The notes under the pieces are model-generated. The model was not told the origin of the DNA, searched no databases, and was given only the letters and a program-made list of their open reading frames with translations. From Acidobacteriota bacterium (GTDB lineage Bacteria > Acidobacteriota > UBA6911): a stretch of 64,000 nucleotides of DNA. Positions 54,673 to 63,183 of this stretch are shown piece after piece (within the stretch, counting starts at the first letter, position 1; each line of letters starts with the position of its first letter). The DNA lies in assembly GCA_041501225.1 (NCBI GenBank), contig JBGQNR010000004.1, forward strand, positions 11,466 through 75,465, read 5' to 3'. Position numbers and translations under genes: made by a program.

Positions 54673-55815
54673 TCAGGAGCCGGGAGGCACCGAAAGGTGA
54701 CGCTTGGCGACCAGCGCGGAGGGGCTCGTAGAATCAAGCTTGAGATAGGCAAACCAATGTCGGCAGGCATCCGGTTGGAGGCCGGCCTTTTCATAGCACA
54801 GCGCCAAATTGAAGTGTCCGTCCGCATGATCCGGAGATTTGGCGAGGATCGCTTGGTAGCCTGCAATCGCCTCCCCGGTCTTGCCCTGCTCTTCTTGAAC
54901 CCCCGCGAGATTGAACCATGCTGCGGTCATGCCGGGCTCAATTCTTGCGGCGGAGCCAAAAAACTCTTCCGCCGCCCATAAAATCCCCATCTCGCGCATG
55001 ACATCCCCGAGATGGAAATAGGCCTGGGCAGAATCAGGGTCAAGCGCCAGGACCGCTCGAAATGCCTCGCACGCATCGGAATAGAGACCTTCCTCTTCGC
55101 AGCCGCAGCCGAGCTTTAACCACTCGTCGGCATCGTGTGCATGCGGATCGAGGGGCAACACGACGCCCCCCGCCCGCCTCCGCCCCTCAAAGTCAAAAAG
55201 CAATTGTCCGGTGCTGGAAAAACGCACCCCGTCCAGATCGACGAGAAGCATATCCTCATTCTCTGCAAACACGCGCAGTTGCGCCAGGGGCCTTTCCAGG
55301 TCGGGAAGGATGGCTGTCAAATTGCGCAGGCTCGCGGCGATTTTCTCCGGGCGGATGCCATTGCATACTAAGTCGTGAATACGCTGGACCGAGACAAGAT
55401 CCTGAAAATCATAGAATCCACTCAGGGATTGGACGAGGCTAAGATGCTCCCAACGTCGCAGCGTCTCGTGATCGATGGACATGATCCGGCATACTTCGGA
55501 TGCCGAATAAGTTCTGGTTGCGGTCGCTCCTGGGGGCGTTTTGCCGATCAGTTCCAGAAATGCCGGTTCGGGCACAATTCGAATCGGGCAGCCGGCTCCC
55601 CGCAACTCCTCTGCGCGTTGCAGCTTGCGGCTGATCTGCCCGTCAGGCAGCAAGGGCCACCCTTCCACCCCAACCACCAGCATCGTGGTCCGATGCGAAA
55701 CATACTTCGCAGGTTCGCCGCCGTTGGCGCGCACGATCCCCCAGGCATCTTTGCGCGTCATCGAAACCATTTTCCCGGTAAAAGTGATTCGAGCCTTTTC
55801 GAGTGCGACGGCCAT
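54673..55815 (-). CDS. BRCT - MerR-type HTH - TPR multidomain regulator
   Basis: BRCT-like module: ITFTGKMVSMTRKDAWGIVRANGGEPAKYVSHRTTMLVVG...KLQRAEELRGAGCPIRIVPEPAFLELI. MerR HTH: YSASEVCRIMSIDHETLRRWEHLSLV...FYDFQDLVSVQRI. C-terminal TPRs: AYFHLGDVM..., AWFNLAGVQEEQG..., GHFNLALCYEKAG. ATG 55815 is preferred. Confidence 0.7.
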   Translation of the reverse strand: MAVALEKARITFTGKMVSMTRKDAWGIVRANGGEPAKYVSHRTTMLVVGVEGWPLLPDGQISRKLQRAEELRGAGCPIRIVPEPAFLELIGKTPPGATATRTYSASEVCRIMSIDHETLRRWEHLSLVQSLSGFYDFQDLVSVQRIHDLVCNGIRPEKIAASLRNLTAILPDLERPLAQLRVFAENEDMLLVDLDGVRFSSTGQLLFDFEGRRRAGGVVLPLDPHAHDADEWLKLGCGCEEEGLYSDACEAFRAVLALDPDSAQAYFHLGDVMREMGILWAAEEFFGSAARIEPGMTAAWFNLAGVQEEQGKTGEAIAGYQAILAKSPDHADGHFNLALCYEKAGLQPDACRHWFAYLKLDSTSPSALVAKRHLSVPPGS

Positions 55816-56141
55816 GTAGTACCTTACTTGGGACCAGGTTCGTGTGAAAAGCACCGTCCGAACACAGTCCGTGAGGAATGCAATGGCCTTGAGCATCGGG
55901 GCAGCAGCTCAACTCTTTCACAAGCTCAGTAGTGCTGAAGTAAGACGGGGCCGATGCTCCCCTTCCGGGCTTAAACTCGCCGGATCAGAACCTCATAAAA
56001 AAGACGGTATCCCTACCCAAGGTGTAAAACAACAAAAAAGTCGGAGCGCACCAAATGGCTGAAACAAGGTACTCTTCAGCGAAACGCGATGACAGCGGGA
56101 CCGAGAGGCCGCGATCTTTCTGACCAGGAAAAGGAGAGAAG

Positions 56142-57503
56142 ATGGAGCCATTTCTTTATCACGTGTTTGTCTGCGATCAAGTCAGGCCCGAGGGTGTTCC
56201 CAGCTGCACCGCCTGTGGGTCCGGAGCGGTTATCGAGATGCTGCGCAGGGAGATCGCTTCTCAGGGAATGATCGATGAAGTCCAACTCACTACCTGCGGC
56301 TCGCTGGGGCTTTGCGAACATGGTCCCAACATGGTCGTGTACCCGGATGGAGTCTGGTATAGCGGCGTCGTCCCGCAGGACGTATCGGAAATCGTCCGCT
56401 CTCATTTCAAGGAAGGGATCCCCGTGGAACGCCTGATGCGCAGTGAAACTTCGGTGCTGCGGGCCGAGATCCTCGCGAACCGTGGAAAAAGGGAGGCGGC
56501 CATGCGCTCCCGTGAAGCGTCCGGCGCCCTCCCTGACGAGTTGCTCCAGATCATTCGCGGCTTTCAGGAAAGCCGCGCCTTGTTGAGCGCAATTGAACTC
56601 GACCTGTTTTCAGCAGTCGGAGCCGGAGCCTCAGCCCAGTCCGTTGCTGCCGGGTGCAAAACCAATGCACGAGCCACGGAAATGCTGCTCAATGCCCTGG
56701 CGGCCATGGGTCTGCTGATCAAGAGGGATGAAATTTTCTATAATACCAAGGCAGGCGCCCGCTACCTGGCCTCCCCGTCTTCGGATAATGCCCGCGAGGG
56801 CTTGATGCACATGGTCCATCTTTGGCCGCGCTGGTCTACCCTGACCGATTGCGTTCGATCCGGCACCTCAATCCTGGCGCGTGAGGACGGTGAGCGGGAT
56901 GAGGATTGGACGCGCGCCTTCATCGCTGCCATGGATCGCAACGCAGCCGAGCGGATACCTCACGCTGTCCGTGCCGTGGACTTGGCAGGCGTGCGTCGTA
57001 TGTTGGATCTGGGCGGGGGATCCGGAGCCTATGCGATAGCCTTCGCCCGCGCAGCCAAAGATCTCCAGGTGGAGATTCTGGACCTGGCGGAGGTTGTGCC
57101 CATCACGGAGAAGTACATCGCCACCGCCGGCTTGTCGAGTCGCATCCGCACGCGTCCGGGCAATCTGCGCACCGGCGTGCTCGGTAAAGGCTTAGATCTT
57201 GTTTGGGTTTCGGCGATTTGCCACATGCTCGATACTGGAGAGAACCGCGATCTGTTCAAGCGCTGCCGCGAAGCACTCGCTCTGCATGGGCGCCTGGTTG
57301 TGCAGGACTTCATCTTGGCACCGGACAAAACCACACCAAGATCTGCGGCCCTGTTCGCGCTCAACATGCTGGTGGGCACCAAAACCGGCAGCAGCTACAG
57401 TGTGGATGAATACACCGCTTGGATGAAGGAAGCGGATTTCCAGGATGTGAAGCAGGTCAGGCTGCCCGGGCCGACAAGCCTGATGATCGGATTCCGACGC
57501 TAG
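56142..57503 (+). CDS. Thioredoxin-like [2Fe-2S] ferredoxin domain fused to a class I SAM-dependent O-methyltransferase
   Basis: N-terminus: HVFVCDQ...SCTACG...TTCGSLGLCEHGPNMVVYPDGVWYSGVVPQDVSEIV. C-terminus: winged-helix dimerisation part, then LDLGGGSGAYAIAFA...LVWVSAICHM...GRLVVQDFIL. Confidence 0.8.
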   Translation: MEPFLYHVFVCDQVRPEGVPSCTACGSGAVIEMLRREIASQGMIDEVQLTTCGSLGLCEHGPNMVVYPDGVWYSGVVPQDVSEIVRSHFKEGIPVERLMRSETSVLRAEILANRGKREAAMRSREASGALPDELLQIIRGFQESRALLSAIELDLFSAVGAGASAQSVAAGCKTNARATEMLLNALAAMGLLIKRDEIFYNTKAGARYLASPSSDNAREGLMHMVHLWPRWSTLTDCVRSGTSILAREDGERDEDWTRAFIAAMDRNAAERIPHAVRAVDLAGVRRMLDLGGGSGAYAIAFARAAKDLQVEILDLAEVVPITEKYIATAGLSSRIRTRPGNLRTGVLGKGLDLVWVSAICHMLDTGENRDLFKRCREALALHGRLVVQDFILAPDKTTPRSAALFALNMLVGTKTGSSYSVDEYTAWMKEADFQDVKQVRLPGPTSLMIGFRR

Positions 57504-57600
57504 AAGCCTGTCCGAGGTTTTGAATAGTCGGGGTTTTTGTGCAGGCTTCGGCTACAATCGTTGGAGACCGAAGCTTCTCTTCACGCAGCCGGAGGATTTG

Positions 57601-59289
57601 ATGCCAAAAAAAGTGGCCTTTCTTCTCACCCTGGCGGTATGTACGACCATGTCGTCCGCTTCCCTGACGGCATGCAAGGCATTCCCGCGTGCCGAGCGCG
57701 TCTTTTTCAACGGGCACATCGTCACGATGAACCGTTCATTGCCGGAAGCTCAAGCCTTCGCCGTGGACAACGGAAGGATCGTGGCGGTGGGGACGAATGA
57801 GAAGATCATGCATGTCTATCCAGAGATCGTTCCGATCGACCTGCATCGGCGAACCGTCCTGCCGGGAATCGTGGAATCCCACGTCCACCTTCTCAGCCTC
57901 GGCCAAAGTTTCATCGAACTCAACATCGAAGGAGTCGATACCCCTGACGAGGCAGTCGAAATGGTCAGGCGGCGCGCAGCGCGCACGCCGGCCGGAGAGT
58001 GGATCACAGGTTGGGGTTGGGATGAAGGAGCATGGGCTAAGGCCTACCCGACGAACGAAAAACTGAGCCAGGCGGCGCCGGACAATCCGGTATGGCTCAG
58101 GGGTTTGCACGGCTTTGCCGGCTGGGCGAACGCAAAGGCGATGGAGATTTCGGGCGTCACACGCGACACTCCCAATCCCGGGAAGGGAGAGATTCTCAAG
58201 GATCCCAGGACCGGCAAACCGACCGGCATCCTTAAGAACGAAGCGCAAGGGCTGATCACTGCTCACATTCCGCCCTTATCCCCCGCGCTGATAGAAAAGG
58301 CCCTGACGATGGCGGGAGAGGAATGCCTGAGTTATGGCCTGACGACGGTTCATGACGCAAATGTGTCGAAGCCCGTGCTCGAGGTGCTCCGGTCCCTTGC
58401 AGCGAAAGGGCGGCTTAAGACCAGAATTTATGCCATGCTCGATGCGACCGACAAAGATCTTATTGAGCCCTTTCTTCAGCATGGGCCCGCCATCGATCCT
58501 GACGGCTGGCTGACAGTGCGCTGCATCAAGATCTTCGCCGACGGAGCGCTCGGCTCGCGGGGCGCGGCTCTGTTTGAGCCCTACTCGGATGCTCCGGAAA
58601 CGCGCGGCGACCTGACCACCTCACAAGAGGAAATCCACAGGCTGACGGCCCGGGCATTGAAGGCGGGCATGCAGGTAGCGGTCCACGCTATCGGCGATCG
58701 AGCCAACCGGATCACCCTGGACGCCTATGAAGCGGCACTCAGAGAGACACCGGAGGCGAAGGACCCCAGATTGCGCATCGAACATGCCCAGGTTGTCGCA
58801 TTACAGGACATCCCGAGATTCAAGGCACTGGGGATCCTGTCCAGCATGCAACCGCCGCACTGCACCTCGGATATGCCATGGGCGGAAAACCGTGTGGGCC
58901 CGGAGCGCATCCAAGGGGCCTATGCGTGGCGGCTGTTTCTGAACGCCTCCGTTCGCGTGCCGCTCAACTCGGACTTTCCAGGGGAAACACCCAATCCGTT
59001 CTGGGGCATGTTTGCCGCCGAGACCCGGCAGTCAACTGACGGCAAGCCTGAAGGCGGCTGGCATGCCGATCAATGCCTCACGAGATCCGAGGTGCTGCGC
59101 GCCTACACCGTTGAATCCGCTTTCGCAGGATTCGAGGAGAATACCAGCGGCCAGATCGCACCGGGGATGTTGGCCGATTTCATCGTGATCTCAGGCGACA
59201 TTCTGAACATGCCGTCGAAGGCGCTGCTGACACTCAAAGTGGAACAAACCTACGTCGGAGGCAGTCTGGTTTACAGCAGGCGCAGGTAA
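57601..59289 (+). CDS. Amidohydrolase family lipoprotein (Amidohydro_3 / YtcJ-like)
   Basis: Lipobox LTAC. GRIVAVG, LPGIVESHVHLL, VAVHAIGDRA, IEHAQV, SDFP. ATG 57601. Confidence 0.88.
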   Translation: MPKKVAFLLTLAVCTTMSSASLTACKAFPRAERVFFNGHIVTMNRSLPEAQAFAVDNGRIVAVGTNEKIMHVYPEIVPIDLHRRTVLPGIVESHVHLLSLGQSFIELNIEGVDTPDEAVEMVRRRAARTPAGEWITGWGWDEGAWAKAYPTNEKLSQAAPDNPVWLRGLHGFAGWANAKAMEISGVTRDTPNPGKGEILKDPRTGKPTGILKNEAQGLITAHIPPLSPALIEKALTMAGEECLSYGLTTVHDANVSKPVLEVLRSLAAKGRLKTRIYAMLDATDKDLIEPFLQHGPAIDPDGWLTVRCIKIFADGALGSRGAALFEPYSDAPETRGDLTTSQEEIHRLTARALKAGMQVAVHAIGDRANRITLDAYEAALRETPEAKDPRLRIEHAQVVALQDIPRFKALGILSSMQPPHCTSDMPWAENRVGPERIQGAYAWRLFLNASVRVPLNSDFPGETPNPFWGMFAAETRQSTDGKPEGGWHADQCLTRSEVLRAYTVESAFAGFEENTSGQIAPGMLADFIVISGDILNMPSKALLTLKVEQTYVGGSLVYSRRR

Positions 59290-59298
59290 CGTGAGTCG

Positions 59299-59567
59299 GG
59301 GACAGGTCCGAATGGCACTTAGTTAAGCTTCAGCGAACGAAGTCAGGCAGGACAATGACCCTGAAAGGGTCAAACAGTGAAAGCCCAGGGCGCAAGCCCT
59401 GGGGAAATGGTGCAGTCCGAGTAAAGCCCTGTAAGGGCGGCACAGGCTGTTTCGCCCCTGCAGGGCTCTTTCACTCTTTGTTTCCGTATCCCCAGGGCTT
59501 GAGCCCTGGGCTGGCGCTGTTGAACCCCTTCGGGGTTCCTTAACTATGTGCCATTCGGGACAGGTCC
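59299..59567. mobile_element. MITE-like non-autonomous element: 18-19-bp terminal inverted repeats flanked by an 11-bp direct duplication, carrying copy 2 of the composite GC-rich repeat
   Basis: The direct repeat GGGACAGGTCC occurs at 59299-59309 and 59557-59567. The TIRs are CGAATGGCACTTAGTTAAG (59309-59327) and CTTAACTATGTGCCATTCG (59539-59557), with 1 mismatch. The interior 59358-59537 is H1+H2 of the 27699-27883 family. Confidence 0.6.
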
Positions 59568-59611
59568 CGAATAAGGCAAAACCCATGAGAGCTGAGGACT
59601 GAGAATTCGTT

Positions 59612-60049
59612 ATGAAGATCGCGCTGGCTTCAGATCACGCCGGTTTTCTCTACAAGGAAAAGATCCGCGAGTGGCTCAATGCCCGAGGGCACAAGGTAGT
59701 GGACTTCGGCACAGTTTCGGAAGATCCCGTGGATTACCCGCTCTTTATCCGGCCCGCTGCCGAGGCGGTTGCGCGGGGCGCGTGCGAGCGCGGCATCGTG
59801 CTGGGAGGTTCGGGAAACGGGGAAGCTATCGTCGCAAACCGCCTTCCTGGCATCCGCTGCGCGGTGTGCTGGAACACGGAGAGCGCACAACTGGCCCGCA
59901 GACACAATAACGCAAATGTCATCTCGCTGGGTCAACGCATGATGCCCCTGCAGACTGCGCTCGAGATCGTGCGCATCTTTCTGCAGGAGCCCTTTGATGG
60001 CGGGCGCCATCTCAGAAGGATCGAGCTGATCGACCAAACGCCGGATTAG
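59612..60049 (+). CDS. rpiB: Ribose 5-phosphate isomerase B
   Basis: KIALASDHAGF...GIVLGGSGNGEAIVANR...GIRCAVCW...ARRHNNANVISLG. Confidence 0.95.
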   Translation: MKIALASDHAGFLYKEKIREWLNARGHKVVDFGTVSEDPVDYPLFIRPAAEAVARGACERGIVLGGSGNGEAIVANRLPGIRCAVCWNTESAQLARRHNNANVISLGQRMMPLQTALEIVRIFLQEPFDGGRHLRRIELIDQTPD

Positions 60050-62448
60050 CGATTGAACAGAGGATAGCGCCGCGGATCCGCTTCGTGCATGAGTCCGTAG
60101 ACGGCCTCGAAAATCTGCTCCCGATTCGGCTTGGAGAAATAATCGCCGTCGGAGCCGTAAGGCGGACGATGCTCGCGCGCCGGAAGCGTGCGCGGCGCCG
60201 CATCGAGCCATTCATAGCCGCCCCTTTGTTCGAGCGTCTGCTGCATCATATAGGCCGTCGCCCCGCCAGGCACATCCTCATCCACGAAGAGCACGCGATT
60301 GGTCTTCTTGAGCGATTCCACGATCACCCCGGGAAGATCAAATGGCATCAGCGTTCGGACATCGATCAGTTCCGCCTCAATGCCGACACCGCTCAGCATG
60401 CCCGCTGCCTCCTCCGCAATCGGGCAGCAAGCGCCGTAGGTCACGACGGTGACATCCTTGCCGACCCGGATCACCTCGGGCACTCCGAGCGGAATCGTGA
60501 ATTCACCGATATTGTCCGGCAAGGGCGCTTTGCGTCGATAGGCGTTCAGTACTTCGACGATCAGCGCCGCGTCATCCGAACGCAGCACGGTGTTGTAGAA
60601 TCCGGCGGCCTGTGTCGAGTCCCGCGGCACACAGATATAGATGCCGCGCAGCAGGCCGAGCAAGCCGGACATGGGAGAGCCGGAATGCCAGATACCCTCC
60701 AGCCTGTGCCCACGGGTCCGAATGATCACCGGCGCCTTCTGCCCGCCGCACGTGCGCCAACGCAAGGTTGCCAGATCATCCGACATGATCTGCAGAGCAT
60801 AGAGGACATAGTCCAGGTATTGGATTTCCGCGATCGGCCTGAGGCCCCGCATGGCCATGCCAATGGCCTGCCCCAGGATCGTCGCTTCGCGAATCCCCGT
60901 ATCCGTGATGCGCAGTGCGCCGTACTTCTTCTGCAGGCGGGCAAAGGCCTGATTGACATCCCCCAGTTGGCCGACATCTTCGCCCATGGCGACCAGCTGC
61001 GGATAACGGGTGAAGGCGGCGTCAAAGCAGGCATTCAGGATCTCGAATCCCTGCAGCATGGGCGCACCTTCTGAATAGACCGCACGAACCTCCGGCACTT
61101 TGAGAGCGGATTCTTTTGACTCGCTGTAGAGGTCGGATCCGTAACGCCGTTTATTCTCCTCCTCCTTCTGCAGCTTCCACTGGACCAGCCTGCGCTGTGC
61201 TGGAACCTCCTCGGCTCGTACTTCGATGAGCGCTTCCTCGGCAGCAGCCATCAGGTCACGCCGCAATACATACTGTTTCCCAGCCAATGCTGCGGAAATG
61301 CGCGCTAACTCTGCGGTACGCCCCGAGTTCTGCTCCAAGTTGCGCGTGAGCGCAAGGAGCTGATCCCGCTCCGCCTCGATCGGCTGCCGGAATGCTTCCC
61401 AGGCACGGTCACGCGCTGCAATCACGGACTTTTTTTCTTCCTCCTCCACATCCTCAATTTCGCGCTCCGAGGCCAATCCTGCCCCGATCATCCAAGCCCT
61501 CATCCTTGGGATGCAGTCAAATCCCTTTTCCCATTCCAGCCTTTCGGGCGACTTATAGCGCTGCTGGCTCCCGGAGGTTGAGTGCCCTAGCGGCTGCGTC
61601 AGCTCGGTCACGTGAATCACAACCGGGACGTGGTCCCGTCGCACCGATTCCTCGGCCGCCAGGTAGGTTTCGCACAATTGCGGATAGTTCCAGCCCGCAA
61701 CCGCGTAAAGATCCAGACCGGATTTCTCTCCCGGCCGCCGCTGAAAGCCTTCCAGGATGCGATAAATGTCTCCCAGCGTCATCTGAAACTGATTGGGCAC
61801 CGAGATGCCATAGCCATCATCCCAGATCGACAGCAGCATTGGCACCTGCAGCACTCCGGCGGCATTGACCGCCTCCCAGAAGATTCCTTCCGCGCAGCTG
61901 GCGTTTCCGATCGTGCCGAAGGCGATTTCGTTGCCGTAGTCCGAAAAACCCGCGTCTGCCAGATCCTTCAAATCCTCCTGGCGCCGGTACAGGACCGAAG
62001 CATAGGCCAGACCTAGAAGTCGGGGCATCTGAGCACCAGTGGGAGAGACATCGGCAGAGGAATTGCAGGTGGCTCGAAGGTCCCGCCAACTCCCGTCGGC
62101 ATTGAGCAGCCTCGTCGCGAAGTGCCCGGTCATGGGGCGGCCGCCGGAGACTGCTTCTCCCGGAAGCTCGGCGTTGGCATAGAGCTGCGCGAAGTACTCC
62201 TCCACCGTCAGCATATCCAGGGCAAACATCATCGTCTGGTCACGGTAGTATCCTGCCCTGAAATCGCCTTTGCGGAATGCATGGGCCAGCGCCACCTGGG
62301 GAACTTCCTTGCCGGCGCCGAAAATACCGAATTTGGCTTTACCGGACAGGACTTCCCGATGAGCGACCGTGCTGGCCTGGCGGCTCAGGAAAGCCAGGCG
62401 GTAATCATGCAAAACAGTATCGCTGGAGAACTTCAGTCGCGTATTCAT
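60046..62448 (-). CDS. Fused alpha/beta E1 component of a 2-oxo acid dehydrogenase (TPP-dependent)
   Basis: 800 aa. The N-terminal half is E1-alpha-like (GNASCAEGIFWEAVNAA, TPP-binding region). The C-terminal half is E1-beta-like (ITDTGIREATILGQAIGMAMRGLRPIAEIQYLDY). No E2/E3 gene is adjacent. Confidence 0.88.
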   Translation of the reverse strand: MNTRLKFSSDTVLHDYRLAFLSRQASTVAHREVLSGKAKFGIFGAGKEVPQVALAHAFRKGDFRAGYYRDQTMMFALDMLTVEEYFAQLYANAELPGEAVSGGRPMTGHFATRLLNADGSWRDLRATCNSSADVSPTGAQMPRLLGLAYASVLYRRQEDLKDLADAGFSDYGNEIAFGTIGNASCAEGIFWEAVNAAGVLQVPMLLSIWDDGYGISVPNQFQMTLGDIYRILEGFQRRPGEKSGLDLYAVAGWNYPQLCETYLAAEESVRRDHVPVVIHVTELTQPLGHSTSGSQQRYKSPERLEWEKGFDCIPRMRAWMIGAGLASEREIEDVEEEEKKSVIAARDRAWEAFRQPIEAERDQLLALTRNLEQNSGRTAELARISAALAGKQYVLRRDLMAAAEEALIEVRAEEVPAQRRLVQWKLQKEEENKRRYGSDLYSESKESALKVPEVRAVYSEGAPMLQGFEILNACFDAAFTRYPQLVAMGEDVGQLGDVNQAFARLQKKYGALRITDTGIREATILGQAIGMAMRGLRPIAEIQYLDYVLYALQIMSDDLATLRWRTCGGQKAPVIIRTRGHRLEGIWHSGSPMSGLLGLLRGIYICVPRDSTQAAGFYNTVLRSDDAALIVEVLNAYRRKAPLPDNIGEFTIPLGVPEVIRVGKDVTVVTYGACCPIAEEAAGMLSGVGIEAELIDVRTLMPFDLPGVIVESLKKTNRVLFVDEDVPGGATAYMMQQTLEQRGGYEWLDAAPRTLPAREHRPPYGSDGDYFSKPNREQIFEAVYGLMHEADPRRYPLFNR

Positions 62449-62572
62449 CGCTAAAAGCTAGCATAAACTGTGAAGTGCGCAAAATACCTGAAAGGAAGAA
62501 AATGAGGCTGTTCGACGGCTCTCTCCAAGAATTTGATGCACTCTGCAAGTCTGGCAGTTATTGTATAGGCAG

Positions 62573-63157
62573 ATGCGCATCCTTATCGTTCTTGCTCATC
62601 CTAAGTCAGATTCCTTCAACGCCGCCATGTGTGCCGCACTTTGTGAAGGTCTGCGCGCCGCCGGCCATGAAATCGAGATCGCGGATCTGAATGCCGAAGG
62701 ATTTAATCCTGTATTGCGGGGGCCTGAACTTGATAAGTTTGGCACCGGTCCCCCGCTCGAGGATGTGGTCTGCTATCAGCAGCGCCTCCTGAGGGCGGAT
62801 GCCCTGGCGTTCGTCTTTCCGGTCTGGTGGTTCGGTCTCCCCGCCATCCTTAAAGGATTTGTCGATCGTGTCCTTCAGGAGGGATTTGCCTTTTGTTTTA
62901 CGGAAAACGGCAAGGTTCGTGGCCTGCTGCCCCATAAAAAGGCACTGGTCATCGCCACAGCCGGCGCGAGCGCAGCGCTCTACCGGCTGTTCCGTTTCGG
63001 CAGGCCGCTCGAAAAGACTTTTGGCGAGTGGACCCTCAAAATGTGCGGCATCCGCGCCGTCCGGCACGTGCTCCTGCACGACGTGGTCAATATCGACTCT
63101 GCCGCGCGCGCGCGCTACCTAAAAAAGGTGCGGCAGCTGGGCTTCCGATATTTTTGA
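62573..63157 (+). CDS. NAD(P)H-dependent oxidoreductase (flavodoxin-like fold, NQO/FMN reductase type)
   Basis: MRILIVLAHPKSDSFN...ADALAFVFPVWWFGLPAILKGFVDRV. Confidence 0.88.
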   Translation: MRILIVLAHPKSDSFNAAMCAALCEGLRAAGHEIEIADLNAEGFNPVLRGPELDKFGTGPPLEDVVCYQQRLLRADALAFVFPVWWFGLPAILKGFVDRVLQEGFAFCFTENGKVRGLLPHKKALVIATAGASAALYRLFRFGRPLEKTFGEWTLKMCGIRAVRHVLLHDVVNIDSAARARYLKKVRQLGFRYF

Positions 63158-63183
63158 GTTGAGCGCACCTCGCCGGGTGGCGA

